From Deltaproteobacteria bacterium (GTDB taxonomy: Bacteria > Desulfobacterota > Binatia > UBA12015), in NCBI GenBank assembly GCA_046583355.1, contig JAYGCM010000058.1, positions 1 through 57,364 on the forward strand: 57,364 nucleotides of DNA. The letters are read 5' to 3'. Below, piece after piece: positions 1 through 10,365 of this stretch. The position numbers and the translations under genes are program-made. Numbering within the stretch: position 1 is the first letter of the stretch; the number at the start of each line of letters is the position of its first letter. A model generated the notes under the pieces. It did no database searches. It worked only from the letters and a program-made list of their open reading frames with translations, and was not told the origin of the DNA.

Positions 1-2291
1 GAGCCGTAGGGGTCCTGGAAGACGATTTGCGCCATGCGCCGCAAGGCCCGTCGCTCCTCACGCGGGCTTTGTGCGGCGCCGCCGGTTTGCGCCAGGGTCG
101 TGCGCTCGTCTTTGGGGCTTCGCGCGGAGCCATCGCCTTGATCCGCCCCGGCGCGCTCGGGGCGGTAGCCGGCTTCGGCCGAGTTCGTAGCGAAGCGGAT
201 GGTGCCCTGGCTGGGGATGAGGTGGAGCCACGCCTGGCCGAGGGTGCTTTTGCCGGAGCCGCTCTCGCCGACGATGCCGAGGGTCTCGCCTTCGCGAATA
301 CTGAGGCTTACGCCGTCGACGGCATGGACATAATCTTTTGTGCGACCAAAGATCCCGCGACGAATCGGGAACCATACCTTCAACGAGTCGACCTCGGCGA
401 TGGTCGGTGCGCCGCTGGACACAGGCGCGGGCCGGCCGCGAGGTTCGGCGGCTAGTAGGTGGCGGGTATAGGCGTGCTGCGGGTTCTCCAATACCTCTGT
501 CGTCGCGCCGCTCTCGACGATACGGCCGGCCTGCATCACGCAGACGCGGTCGGCGATGCGCCGCACGATACCCAAATCATGGGTGATGAAGAGCATCGCC
601 ATGCCATGCTTCTCGCGCAGGCTGCCGAGCAGCTCGAGCAGCTGGGCCTGAATGGTGACGTCGACCGCCGTAGTCGGCTCGTCGGCAATCAGCAGGTCTG
701 GATCGTTGGCAAGCGCCATGGCGATCATCACGCGTTGGCGCTGGCCTCCCGAGAGTTCGTGCGGGTAGGGATCGCCGCGCTTCTGCGCCATCTCCAACCC
801 GACTGAGGCAAGAAGGTTTTCAGTCTCCCTGCGTGCGTCTTCGGGCCGGAGGGCGCGGTGGATGAGAATGGCCTCTTGCACTTGTTTGTGGATCGTATGC
901 AGGGGGTTCAGCGAGGTCATGGGTTCCTGGAAGATCATGGAGATCCGGTTGCCGCGCAGGTGCTCCAAGGTTGCCTCCTCGGCGCCGAGCAGATCCTCGC
1001 CGTGGAAACGGATGCGACCGGCGGGGTGGGTCGCGTTGCTGGGCAGCAGGCCGAGGATTGAGAGCGCCGAGACGGATTTCCCCGAGCCGCTCTCGCCGAC
1101 CAGGGCCAATACCTCGCCGCGCGCGATGCCGAAAGATACGCCGCGCAGCGCGTCGGTCGTGCCCGTGGGGGTCGCGAAGCGAATCTGCAGGTCCTCGACC
1201 TGGAGGATCGCATCGGCGACCGGCGCCGCCACCGAGACCTCGGCACCGATGGTGGGCGTATCGTCGCTTGCGCCGGCCGTCGCGCGACGCGGGTCGAAGG
1301 CGTCGCGTACGGCCTCGCCGATGAAGACCAGCAAGGTGAGAATGGTCGCGATCGAGAGGAAGCCGCTGAAGCCGAGCCAGGGTGCCTGTAGGTTGTTTTT
1401 GCCCTGGCGGAGCAGTTCCCCGAGCGAGGCCGAGCCCGGCGGCATGCCGAAGCCGAGGAAATCGAGCGAGGTCAGCGTGACCACGGCGCCGCTGGTCACA
1501 AAGGGCAGAAAGGTGAGGGTGGCCACCATCGCGTTGGGCAGGACGTGGCGGCGTAGAATGCGTGTATGCGACATGCCGAGTGCCCGCGCGGCACGGACGT
1601 AATCGAAGTTGCGCGTGCGTAGAACCTCGGCGCGCACCACGCCCACCAGCGTCATCCAGGAAAAGAGCAGCATCAATCCCAGCAGCCAGCCGAAGGTCGG
1701 GGTGACGACGCTGGCGAGAATGATCAGCAGGTAAAGCGTGGGCATGCCCGACCAGATTTCAATGAAGCGCTGGAAGATGAGGTCGATCCAGCCGCCGAAA
1801 TAGCCCTGCACGGCGCCCGCCGTGATGCCGATGATCGAACTGGCGAAGGTCAGGATCAGGCCGAAGAGAATGGAGATGCGAAAGCCGTAGATCAGGCGCG
1901 CCGCAACATCGCGCGCCTGGTCATCCGTGCCGAGCCAATTCTGCCAGCTCGGCGGCGAGGGTGCCGGCGAGGGCAGGTCGTGGACCACGGTATCCCAGGA
2001 GTAGGGAATCGGCGGCCAGATAATCCAGCCATTGGCTTCGATCTCGTCGCGAATGAAGGGGTCGCGGTAATCGGTATCGGTCTCGAGGAAGCCGCCGAAT
2101 ATCGTCTCGGGGTAGGCGTGCAGCATCGGGCTGTAGATCTCGTCGTCGTAGGAGACCAGCAGGGGTTGGTCGTTGGCGATCAACTCGGCGCCCATGCTGA
2201 GCACCACAAGCCCGAGAGTGAGCCAGAACGAGTACCAGCCGCGCCGATTCGCACGGAAAGTGGCCAGGCGTCTCTCGGTAAGGGGCGTCAT
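1..2291 (-). CDS. Fused peptide ABC transporter permease + dual ATP-binding protein (YejE-YejF-like); runs off the left edge
   Basis: ATG at 2291 overlaps the yejB stop. Permease end [11 protein letters not shown] continues in frame via a linker into [17 protein letters not shown] and LLIADEPT, then a second Walker A GESGSGKS and IVFQDPYGS. No stop before base 1, which explains its absence from the ORF track. Confidence 0.85.
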   Translation of the reverse strand, partial: MTPLTERRLATFRANRRGWYSFWLTLGLVVLSMGAELIANDQPLLVSYDDEIYSPMLHAYPETIFGGFLETDTDYRDPFIRDEIEANGWIIWPPIPYSWDTVVHDLPSPAPSPPSWQNWLGTDDQARDVAARLIYGFRISILFGLILTFASSIIGITAGAVQGYFGGWIDLIFQRFIEIWSGMPTLYLLIILASVVTPTFGWLLGLMLLFSWMTLVGVVRAEVLRTRNFDYVRAARALGMSHTRILRRHVLPNAMVATLTFLPFVTSGAVVTLTSLDFLGFGMPPGSASLGELLRQGKNNLQAPWLGFSGFLSIATILTLLVFIGEAVRDAFDPRRATAGASDDTPTIGAEVSVAAPVADAILQVEDLQIRFATPTGTTDALRGVSFGIARGEVLALVGESGSGKSVSALSILGLLPSNATHPAGRIRFHGEDLLGAEEATLEHLRGNRISMIFQEPMTSLNPLHTIHKQVQEAILIHRALRPEDARRETENLLASVGLEMAQKRGDPYPHELSGGQRQRVMIAMALANDPDLLIADEPTTAVDVTIQAQLLELLGSLREKHGMAMLFITHDLGIVRRIADRVCVMQAGRIVESGATTEVLENPQHAYTRHLLAAEPRGRPAPVSSGAPTIAEVDSLKVWFPIRRGIFGRTKDYVHAVDGVSLSIREGETLGIVGESGSGKSTLGQAWLHLIPSQGTIRFATNSAEAGYRPERAGADQGDGSARSPKDERTTLAQTGGAAQSPREERRALRRMAQIVFQDPYG

Positions 2292-3394
2292 GCGTCGCGG
2301 CTCTCGAAGTCGATGCGCGGGTCTACCAGGACATAGGTGATGTCTTCGACCAGCTTCATGGCCAGGCCGAGCAGAGTGAAGAAATAGAGTGTGCCGAACA
2401 TCACCGGGTAGTCGCGGTTGAGCGCGGCCTCGAAGCCCAGCAGCCCCACGCCATCCAAGGAGAAAATGACTTCGGTGAGGAGCGCGCCGGTGAAGAGCAT
2501 GCCGACAAAGGCACTGGGAAATCCGGCGATGACGATGAGCATCGCGTTGCGGAAGACATGGCCGTAGAGCACACGCTTCTCGCTCAATCCCTTGGCCCGC
2601 GCGGTGGTCACATATTGTTGGTGGATCTGGTCGATAAACGAATTCTTGGTAAGCATCGTCAGGCTCGCGAAGCCGCCGATGACCATCGAGAGGACGGGTA
2701 GGGTGATATGCCAGAGGTAATCTTTGATTTTCCCGAGGGCGGAAAGCTGGTCGAAATTATCCGAGACCAGGCCGCGCAGCGGGAACCAGTCGAGGTAACG
2801 GCCGCCGGCAAAGACGACGATCAGCAGGATCGCAAAGAGAAAGCCGGGGATCGCGTTGCCGATAATGACGGCGGTGGATGACCAGATATCGAAACGGCTT
2901 CCGTCACGTACGGCTTTGGCGACACCCAGCGGTAACGAGATCAGGTAGACCAGCAGCGTCGTCCAGACACCAAGCGAGATCGACACCGGCATTTTCTCGA
3001 CCACCAGAGACGCGACCGAGACGTCGCGGAAGAAACTATCGCCGAAATCGAAGCGCAGGAAATTCCCCATCATATAGAGGAATCGCTCGTGAGCGGGCTT
3101 GTCGAAGCCGAAGCGGACCTCCAACTCACGGATGAACTCCGGGTCGATGCCGCGGGCGCCATGGTATTTGCCGGTCGATGTGCCCGGCCCGGGCCTAGCC
3201 CCTGCCTGGCTGACCTCGCCGGCACCGCTGCCGGCAAAGCGTTCAATCGCGCTGACATCGGTGCCTTGGACGCGCGCCAGAATCTTCTCGATCGGCCCGC
3301 CGGGCGCGAGCGAGATCACGAAGAAATTGAGCGCCATGATCCCGATCAGCGTCGGGATGATCAGTAAAAGGCGCCGCAGAAGATAGCCGGCCAT
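2288..3394 (-). CDS. yejB: Microcin C/peptide ABC transporter permease YejB-like
   Basis: [18 protein letters not shown] start, EAA-type loop [20 protein letters not shown]-terminus VDPRIDFE. Confidence 0.88.
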   Translation of the reverse strand: MAGYLLRRLLLIIPTLIGIMALNFFVISLAPGGPIEKILARVQGTDVSAIERFAGSGAGEVSQAGARPGPGTSTGKYHGARGIDPEFIRELEVRFGFDKPAHERFLYMMGNFLRFDFGDSFFRDVSVASLVVEKMPVSISLGVWTTLLVYLISLPLGVAKAVRDGSRFDIWSSTAVIIGNAIPGFLFAILLIVVFAGGRYLDWFPLRGLVSDNFDQLSALGKIKDYLWHITLPVLSMVIGGFASLTMLTKNSFIDQIHQQYVTTARAKGLSEKRVLYGHVFRNAMLIVIAGFPSAFVGMLFTGALLTEVIFSLDGVGLLGFEAALNRDYPVMFGTLYFFTLLGLAMKLVEDITYVLVDPRIDFESRDA

Positions 3395-3406
3395 GGGACT
3401 CTCTAT

Positions 3407-5242
3407 CTAAGGTTGCCGTGTGCCGTCGAGCGCCGCTTGCCGTGCCGGGTCGATCCACCAGGTATCGGTCTGCACGCCGAGCAGCGGTACGGTCTTGGGC
3501 ATGCCGAATTTATTCCACCAGGCGATGCGATCATATGCGATATGCCATTGCGGAATCACCCAATGCCCCCATTGCAGCACGCGGTCGAGCGCCTTGGTTC
3601 GGGCCACCAGATCCGCGCGCGTCGGTGCGTGGATGATCTGCTCGACCAGGTAGTCGACGGCTTCGTCCTTCATGCCGATCCAGTTCCGGCTGCCTTTTTG
3701 GTCGGCGAAGGCGGCACCCCAGAGGTCGCGTTGTTCGTTGCCGGGCGAGAGCGATTGGGGGAAGTTGCCGACCACGATATCGAAATCGAATTCGTCGAGC
3801 CGCCGCCGATATTGCGCGGAGTCGACCGTGCGTACGCTGGCCTCGATGCCGAGACGCTCGAGGTTCTTCTTGAAAGGCAGGACCACGCGCTCGAATTCCG
3901 GCGTGACCAGCAAGATCTCAAAGCGCATCTGCTCGCCAGTGGCGGAATGGGTGAGCTTGCGGGTCTTCTTGTTGATCTTCCAGCCCGCCGCCGCGAGCAG
4001 CGTATGCGCGGTTTTGAGGTTCGTGCGGATATTGCCGGAGCCGTCGGTTGCCGGCGGCTCATAGGCGCGCGTGAAGACCTCGGCCGGCACCTTGCCGCGT
4101 ACCTTCTCGAGCACCTCGAGCTCTTTTGTCCCGGGCAGGCCGGTGGCGGCCAGCTCGGAGTTGTCGAAGAAGCTGCGCGTGCGGGTATATTGACCATAGA
4201 AGAGGGCCGCGTTGGACCACTCGAAATCAAAGAGCTCGCCGAGTGCGCGACGCACCCGGGCGTCGCGAAATTTGTCACGGCGCGTGTTCATCACGAAGGC
4301 CTGCATGCCGCTGGGGCGTCCATGCGGCACCTCCTTGCGGATCAGATCGCCTGTCGCGACGGCCGGGATATCGTAGCCGGTGGCCCAGGCTTTCGACATA
4401 TTCTCCGGGCGGAAATCGTACTCGCCGGCCTTGAAGGCTTCGAGCGCCACGGTGCCGTCGCGATAATAATCGATATCGAGAAAATCCGCATTATGGCGGC
4501 CGCGGTTCACCGCGAGATCTTCGCCCCAATAATCTTTCACGCGGGCAAAGCGGATGCGGCGCCCGGCCTCGAAGCTCTCGATGCGATAGGGGCCGCTGCC
4601 CAGCGGCGGCTCCAGCGATGTTTTGCTGAAATCGCGGGTCGTCCACCAATGTTGCGGCAAGACGGGGAGCTGGCCGATGATGATCGGCAGCTCCGGGTTG
4701 CCGCCGCTGGCAAAGGAAAAGTGGATGCCGCGCTCGCCGACCTTCGTAACCGAGGTCACGCCGGCGTAGTAGGCGCGGTAGAAGGGCGCACCCTTGTCGC
4801 GCAATGTTTCAAATGACCAGATCACATCCTCGGGCGTGATCGGCTGGCCGTCATGCCAGCGCGCGTTTGCGCGTAGTACGAAGGTCGCCTCCGAATGGTC
4901 GTCGGCGATCTCGATCGTCTCGGCAAGCAGGCCGTAGGCACTGAAGGGCTCGTCGGCGGATTGGGTTGTCAGAGTATCCCAGAGCCGGCCCAGGCCGGAG
5001 GCGGGATTGCCGCGCACGAGGAAGGGGTTGAAGCTGTCGAAGGTGCCGAGCGCGGCCGTTTTCATGGTGCCGCCCTTGGGTGCCGCCGGGTTGGCGTAGT
5101 CGAAATGCTCGAAACCGGCTGGGTATTTGAGGTCGCCATGCATCGCCACGCCATGTGTGGGCATGGATGCTGCGGCTGCGGGAAGCGAAGCCAGGCAGGC
5201 CACCAGGAACGCGAGGCGCGGGATTGATCCGAGTCTTCTCAT
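3407..5242 (-). CDS. yejA: Extracellular solute-binding protein family 5 (YejA-like)
   Basis: Signal peptide; HFDYANPAAPKGG, GTFDSFNPF, DEPFSAYGLLAE, PLGSGPY, QSLSPGNEQ. Confidence 0.88.
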   Translation of the reverse strand: MRRLGSIPRLAFLVACLASLPAAAASMPTHGVAMHGDLKYPAGFEHFDYANPAAPKGGTMKTAALGTFDSFNPFLVRGNPASGLGRLWDTLTTQSADEPFSAYGLLAETIEIADDHSEATFVLRANARWHDGQPITPEDVIWSFETLRDKGAPFYRAYYAGVTSVTKVGERGIHFSFASGGNPELPIIIGQLPVLPQHWWTTRDFSKTSLEPPLGSGPYRIESFEAGRRIRFARVKDYWGEDLAVNRGRHNADFLDIDYYRDGTVALEAFKAGEYDFRPENMSKAWATGYDIPAVATGDLIRKEVPHGRPSGMQAFVMNTRRDKFRDARVRRALGELFDFEWSNAALFYGQYTRTRSFFDNSELAATGLPGTKELEVLEKVRGKVPAEVFTRAYEPPATDGSGNIRTNLKTAHTLLAAAGWKINKKTRKLTHSATGEQMRFEILLVTPEFERVVLPFKKNLERLGIEASVRTVDSAQYRRRLDEFDFDIVVGNFPQSLSPGNEQRDLWGAAFADQKGSRNWIGMKDEAVDYLVEQIIHAPTRADLVARTKALDRVLQWGHWVIPQWHIAYDRIAWWNKFGMPKTVPLLGVQTDTWWIDPARQAALDGTRQP

Positions 5243-5342
5243 CTCGCCCGATAATTACGAGTAGCGAGGCAAGCGGCAAGCCCGCTGGCTGGACATTCGC
5301 CCCTCGGATTGGTCATCCTTGGCCCAAGGAGCAATGCTGACG

Positions 5343-6389
5343 ATGAAACTCGATACCCCTGGAGAGGTCCGCGCTGACGAGCGGCTGGACGAAGAGAAAC
5401 TCGAAGCTTGGTTGCGGGCCAATGTCGGCGGCCTCGACGGCCCCTTGCGGGTCGAGCAATTCCACGGCGGCCACGCCAACCTCACCTATATGCTGGCCTT
5501 CGGCGAGCGTGAGATCATTGTGCGGCGTCCGCCGCTCGGTCCGATTGCTCCCAAAGCGCACGATATGGGTCGGGAGTTCCGGGCTTTGTCGGCGCTTGCC
5601 TCGCAATTTCCTCATTCGCCGCGGCCGCTCGGTTTCTGCGAAGATACCGAGGTGATCGGCGCAAGCTTCCTCGTCATGGAGCGCCGCCGCGGTTACGTGA
5701 TTCGCGCTGGCTGGCCGGAGTTTCTGCCCGAAGACGAAAGTCTGCGCCGCCGGATCAGCGAGCAATTGATCGACGCATTGGCCGACCTTCATCTGGTCGA
5801 CACGACGCGTGTCGATGTCGCCGCCCTCGGCAAGCCGGAGGGCTTTGTAGAGCGTCAGGTAAAGGGCTGGTTCGGGCGCTGGGAGAAGGCCAAGACCCGC
5901 GAGATCCCCGATATGGACAAGGCCGCCGAGTGGTGTCTCGCACATATTCCGGAACCGACCGGCGTGAGCGTGCTGCATAACGACTACAAGCTCGACAATT
6001 GCATGTACGACGGAGACGATCCGGGTCGCTTGGTAGCGATTTTCGACTGGGATATGACCTCCCTCGGCGACCCCCTGGTCGACCTCGGCACGCTGCTGGG
6101 CTATTGGTCCGAGCCCGGCGACGAAGGCCAGCGCGGCACTGGCGGCGGGGTGACGACCCTGGCCGGCTTTCTCACGCGCGCCGAGATGACCCGCCGCTAC
6201 GCCGAGCGTACCGGCTTTGACGTATCCAATATCGGTTTCTACGAAACCTTCGCGCTTTTCAAAACTGCCGTCGTGATCGAGCAGATCTACGTTCGCTGGG
6301 TCCGCGGTCAGACCAAAGATGATCGCTTCGAGGCCCTCGGCGCCATCGTCCCCCTGCTCGCCGCCGGTGCCGCAAAGGGCTGTACCTGA
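5343..6389 (+). CDS. Phosphotransferase, APH/choline kinase family (ACAD10/11 kinase-domain-like)
   Basis: GGHANLTY, RRPP, AHDMGRE, LHNDYKLDN, FDWD, GDPLVDLG; AAGGAG at 5326; start 5334 or 5343. Confidence 0.85.
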   Translation: MKLDTPGEVRADERLDEEKLEAWLRANVGGLDGPLRVEQFHGGHANLTYMLAFGEREIIVRRPPLGPIAPKAHDMGREFRALSALASQFPHSPRPLGFCEDTEVIGASFLVMERRRGYVIRAGWPEFLPEDESLRRRISEQLIDALADLHLVDTTRVDVAALGKPEGFVERQVKGWFGRWEKAKTREIPDMDKAAEWCLAHIPEPTGVSVLHNDYKLDNCMYDGDDPGRLVAIFDWDMTSLGDPLVDLGTLLGYWSEPGDEGQRGTGGGVTTLAGFLTRAEMTRRYAERTGFDVSNIGFYETFALFKTAVVIEQIYVRWVRGQTKDDRFEALGAIVPLLAAGAAKGCT

Positions 6390-6405
6390 CCTGTTCCGGG
6401 GCGTT

Positions 6406-7635
6406 TCAGCCGTGGGCGGCGGAGGCCTCGGCGCTGGCGGGTGCGATGGCGCGCAGGATCGACTCGCATTCGGCCTGCTCCATGTAGCGCGGCACGGGGT
6501 AGTTGCACCACGCCTCGGCCAGCGCCTGGCGGGCGATGGCGGGGATGTCGCCGGGCTTGAGGCTGTCGAGTTGGGCGGGGATGTCGAGTGTATCCATGAG
6601 GTCGCGGACGGCGCCGAGAAAGGCACCCGCTTTGGCCGCGTCGCTATTGCCCTCAAGTCCGATCAGCTCGGCCAGGCGGGCCAGACGCGCCTCGGCGGCG
6701 GGCTGCGAGAAGGCGAGAATATGGGGCAGGGTGATGGCGTTCGCGAGGCCGTGCGGGGTGTTATAATAGGCGCCGAATGTATGCGCGATGGCGTGCACGT
6801 AGCCGACGCTGGTGCGGGTGAAGGCGATGCCGGCGTAATACGAAGCCATTGACATGGCGCTGCGTGCGCCGAGGTCGCTGCCCTCGCGGTAGGCCGTGGG
6901 CAGGTTCGCAAAGATCAGCGGAATGGCCATGCGCACATAGCGCTCGGTCTCGGCATTGGAGCTTTTGCAGAGGAAGGACTCGATTGCGTGCGTGAGTGCG
7001 TCCATGCCGGTGGCCGCGGTAATCGGAGCCGGCAGACCGACCATGAGCTCGGGGTCAAGCGCCGTCATCAGCGGTACGAGCTTGGGGTCGATGAACTGGC
7101 TTTTGTTGTGCGTGATGGGATCGGATGCGACCGCGACAATGGTCGCCTCCGAGCCGGTGCCGGCGGTGGTCGGGATGGCGAAGAGGGGCACGGGCAGGCG
7201 ACGGATACGGAACATGCCGGCGAGCTTGCGCACGTTCTTGGCGTTGGTGGCATTGGCCGCGACGATCTTGGCGATGTCGATCGGTGAGCCGCCGCCGAGT
7301 CCGAGCACGGCGTCGCAACCCTCGCTTTTGAATCGTGCCAGGCCTTCTTCGGCCTGTGTGAAGGTGGGGTTGGGCTCCACACCATCGTAGACGGCGGTCT
7401 TGACGCCGGCGGCCGCGAGCGCGTCCTGGATTTTCTGCACGATGCCGAGCTGGACCAGGGTTTTGTCGGTGACCAGCAGGATGCGCGTAGGCCTGAGTCG
7501 GCCGATCGCCGCGCAGAGCTCGCCGGTGGAGCCGCGTCCGGCAAAGGTGACGGGGATCGGCATGGGCAGCAGAGCGGCGAAGAAGCTGAAGATCCCAACG
7601 GCGAGTTGGTGGATGATGCGCTTGAAAGAGTCCAT
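6406..7635 (-). CDS. Iron-containing alcohol dehydrogenase
   Basis: GGGSPID, IPTTAGTGSE, DALTHAIE, HAIAH, HG motifs. Confidence 0.9.
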   Translation of the reverse strand: MDSFKRIIHQLAVGIFSFFAALLPMPIPVTFAGRGSTGELCAAIGRLRPTRILLVTDKTLVQLGIVQKIQDALAAAGVKTAVYDGVEPNPTFTQAEEGLARFKSEGCDAVLGLGGGSPIDIAKIVAANATNAKNVRKLAGMFRIRRLPVPLFAIPTTAGTGSEATIVAVASDPITHNKSQFIDPKLVPLMTALDPELMVGLPAPITAATGMDALTHAIESFLCKSSNAETERYVRMAIPLIFANLPTAYREGSDLGARSAMSMASYYAGIAFTRTSVGYVHAIAHTFGAYYNTPHGLANAITLPHILAFSQPAAEARLARLAELIGLEGNSDAAKAGAFLGAVRDLMDTLDIPAQLDSLKPGDIPAIARQALAEAWCNYPVPRYMEQAECESILRAIAPASAEASAAHG

Positions 7636-7720
7636 CCGATGGATCTAGAGGTCCGGCCGGGAAGTGCAACGGCAGTGCGCACGCGCGGGGGGAATGCGCC
7701 GCTGGCGCGGCGCACGCTGG

Positions 7721-8104
7721 TTATTGCAGGGTGCCGGGGCGCTCGAGGCGGAAGCGGGGGATGGCGATATCGAAGCCGCGGCCACCATCGCCGATCATCT
7801 GGTAGCTGCCTTCCATCGTGCCGAAAGGCGTCTCGATGATGGCGCCGCTGGTGTATTCGTGGATGGCGCCCGGTGCGAGTACCGGCTGCTCGCCGACGAC
7901 ACCCTCGCCCTCGACCTCTTCGGTATCGCCGTTGCCATCGGTGATGATCCAATGGCGGCGGCGCAGCTGCACCGTCTCCTTGCCCTCGTTGGCGATTTGG
8001 ATCTGGTAGGCAAACGCGTAGCGGCCTTCGGTCGGGTCGGAGCGTTCGCTCAGGTAGAGTGAGCGTACACTGACGCGGATGCCTGCGGTCGTCTCGGATG
8101 GCAT
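7721..8104 (-). CDS. apaG: ApaG protein
   Basis: RHWIITD, EVEGEGVVGEQP, YTSG, GTMEGSY. Confidence 0.93.
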   Translation of the reverse strand: MPSETTAGIRVSVRSLYLSERSDPTEGRYAFAYQIQIANEGKETVQLRRRHWIITDGNGDTEEVEGEGVVGEQPVLAPGAIHEYTSGAIIETPFGTMEGSYQMIGDGGRGFDIAIPRFRLERPGTLQ

Positions 8105-9228
8105 CAGGCTGTGGCGCTGACTGTTTGCGCGGCGAGCGCACGACGTTTCTCGTAGGCGTCGCGCACGATTTGCACGTCCTCGAGGAAGGGTGCGAGCTCG
8201 GGCAGGGTGAGTGCCTGGGGAGCGTCGCAGAGGGCTACGGAAGGGTCGGGGTGGAAATCGACCAGCACCATATTGGCACCGGCGATAACGCCTTGGGCCG
8301 TCGCATGCTGGATATCCAAGAGGCCATCGGGGGCCAGTTCTTTTCGCCCGACCGAATGCGAGGGGTCGATGCAGACGGGCATGCGGGTCAGGCGCTTGAC
8401 CACCGGAACATGCGCGAAGTCGACGAAGTTACGATGCGGATCGCCGAGGTTCGTCTTCATGCCGCGCAGGCAGAGGATGATATTGCGGTTGCCCTCGCTG
8501 GCGACATATTCGCACGCGTTGATGGACTCCTCGAGCGTGATGCCCATGCCGCGCTTGAAGAGCACGGGGAAGCGCTGCTGCTGGCCGATGACCTTCAGCA
8601 GTTCGAAATTCTGTGCGTTGCGCGTGCCGACCTGCAGCAGGACGCCGGTGGGCGAGCCGGCCGCGTCCAGCGCGGCGTTGATCTCGTCGATCTGCGACTC
8701 GTGCACGATTTCCATCGCGATGACTTTGATGTCGTATTTACCGGCGAGCTCGAAGACATAGGGCAGGCATGATTTGCCGAGGCCCTGGAAATCGTAGGGG
8801 CTGGTGCGCGGCTTGTAGGCGCCCATGCGCGAGGTCTCGACGCCGGCCTGCTGCAGGGCGGCAAACATGCTGGCGACGCTCTCGCGCGAGTCGACGGCAC
8901 AGAGGCCGGGCAGGATATGGAGGCTGTTCTGGTCGAATTTGAGGCCCTGGTAGCTGAAGCCCACGGACTCGACCTGGCCCTTATGGCGGCCGAGGATGCG
9001 GTATTTTTCCGAGACACGCACGACGCTCTCGACGCAATCGAGATTCTCGAATGCCTCGGTGGGGACCGGGCCGGTGGCGCCGATGAGGTAGATCTCGATC
9101 AGCGAGCGGCTGGCGCCTTCGACCAGATGCTTCTGCGCGCGCACACCTTCAAAGGTCGCGGCGACGTCGAGCACTTTCTGGACGGCGGGCGATTCCGGCG
9201 GCGTTTCCGATTTCAGAATGACAATCAC
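8104..9228 (-). CDS. aroF: DAHP synthase class I-beta with N-terminal regulatory domain
   Basis: GAYKPRTSPYDFQG, QVGTRNAQNF, KRG, CLRG, DPSH; GTG start. Confidence 0.88.
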   Translation of the reverse strand: MIVILKSETPPESPAVQKVLDVAATFEGVRAQKHLVEGASRSLIEIYLIGATGPVPTEAFENLDCVESVVRVSEKYRILGRHKGQVESVGFSYQGLKFDQNSLHILPGLCAVDSRESVASMFAALQQAGVETSRMGAYKPRTSPYDFQGLGKSCLPYVFELAGKYDIKVIAMEIVHESQIDEINAALDAAGSPTGVLLQVGTRNAQNFELLKVIGQQQRFPVLFKRGMGITLEESINACEYVASEGNRNIILCLRGMKTNLGDPHRNFVDFAHVPVVKRLTRMPVCIDPSHSVGRKELAPDGLLDIQHATAQGVIAGANMVLVDFHPDPSVALCDAPQALTLPELAPFLEDVQIVRDAYEKRRALAAQTVSATA

Positions 9229-9274
9229 GTCCCGGAATTAACATTCTCCCGGAATCCCCGCCACGTCCCTGGCC

Positions 9275-9297
9275 CGGGAGGTCCGGCGGACCTCCCG
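9275..9297. other. Perfect 10-bp hairpin between the PLC-like gene and aroF
   Basis: CGGGAGGTCC-GGC-GGACCTCCCG; no U-tract. Confidence 0.5.
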
Positions 9298-9302
9298 CTG
9301 CC

Positions 9303-10229
9303 TCAGCCATTGAGGTCGGCTACGACCTCGATTACGTCGCCGATATCGTAGAAATCGACCGTGACGAAATTGGGCAGCGCGGTATTCGCCACCCGGCATT
9401 CCTCCGCACGGTCTCCGAGCAGCGGGTTGTAGTTCACCGCCTCGGCGAAATCCGGGGAGCCGAAGGTATCGGTCAGAAAATGGTTGAGGATGAAGAGCGG
9501 GTTGGCGGGATTGCCGCGGTTGGGAGCACAGTCGAAATCCTCGGGTGCGCCCCAGGAATAATGGGTCTCGAAGGCATGATCCCAGACGCCGAGGTACCAA
9601 GGCCGCGCCAGCGCCCCGGAGTCGGTGAAGACGACCAGCCGAGAGTCGGTGTCGATCATCTCGGCCAGCGTCGGCCACGGGCCGCCGGCGACCTGCGTGT
9701 GGGCGAGGCGCGTGAGGTCGGCGTCATCAAAGACGGAGGCAACGATTTCGCCGTCGACATAGCTTTCGAAAATGATCGAGACGATCTCGCGCGGGTTGGC
9801 GTCGAGGAAATCGCGGATCTCGATCAGCGTGTCCTTCAGTGGTCGGCTACCGAGGTCGCAGATGCCGTGGCAGAGGGTCACGACGCCATCCAGGACGTAG
9901 ACGTCGAGCATCAGGGCACGGATGCCGTCGGCGAGTTGGCGGGGCACGGCGAAGTTCTGGTTCGGCCCGATGAAGCCATCCTGGTCGTTGGCGAAGGCGT
10001 TGTGTGTGGTGGCAAATGCCACCTCGTTGAAGCGGCGTTCGCATAGAGCCGCGTGGCTGTTGCAGCGTGCCGGCTCGGGCGTCGCCGGCGGGACTGGCTC
10101 GGGGGTCGGCGTGGGCGTCGCCGGCTCGGGGGCCGGCGTGGGCGTCGCCGCCTCGTAGCTGCCTTTGCTGCCACCACAGGCGGCCAGGGAGACGATCAGC
10201 AATGCTGCGGCAATAAGCGGCTTTCGCAT
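9303..10229 (-). CDS. PI-PLC X-domain/PLC-like phosphodiesterase lipoprotein
   Basis: Lipobox LAAC, Pro/Thr linker, THNAF, QLADGIRALMLDV, LCHG, WPTL.EMI...RLVVF, NHF, PNFVTVDFY. Confidence 0.78.
   Translation of the reverse strand: MRKPLIAAALLIVSLAACGGSKGSYEAATPTPAPEPATPTPTPEPVPPATPEPARCNSHAALCERRFNEVAFATTHNAFANDQDGFIGPNQNFAVPRQLADGIRALMLDVYVLDGVVTLCHGICDLGSRPLKDTLIEIRDFLDANPREIVSIIFESYVDGEIVASVFDDADLTRLAHTQVAGGPWPTLAEMIDTDSRLVVFTDSGALARPWYLGVWDHAFETHYSWGAPEDFDCAPNRGNPANPLFILNHFLTDTFGSPDFAEAVNYNPLLGDRAEECRVANTALPNFVTVDFYDIGDVIEVVADLNG
10096..10149. repeat. Tandem 2x27-bp repeat encoding the Pro/Thr/Ala linker
   Basis: ggctcgggggYcggcgtgggcgtcgcc twice, one mismatch. Confidence 0.8.
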
Positions 10230-10365
10230 GCGACGAGCCTACGAGGTTTTTGTGGTGAATGCATTTGGCACGGGTCGAATGCCGCGGAGATTCCCTCTGC
10301 GCTATGCGGCAGCAGGTGGCAGGCCGCTGGCCGTCCGCCGCATTTTCGCCCGCAGGTGCAGGCTT

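Noticed and set aside
27..2336. Plus-strand ORFs in the first 2.3 kb
   Set aside because: The real gene is the minus-strand permease-ATPase frame
5343..6389. Aminoglycoside resistance gene
   Set aside because: Motifs match the acyl-CoA-metabolism-associated APH-like subfamily, not drug kinases
3413..6656. Long ORFs 3413..4816 and 5313..6656
   Set aside because: Antisense to yejA and the phosphotransferase
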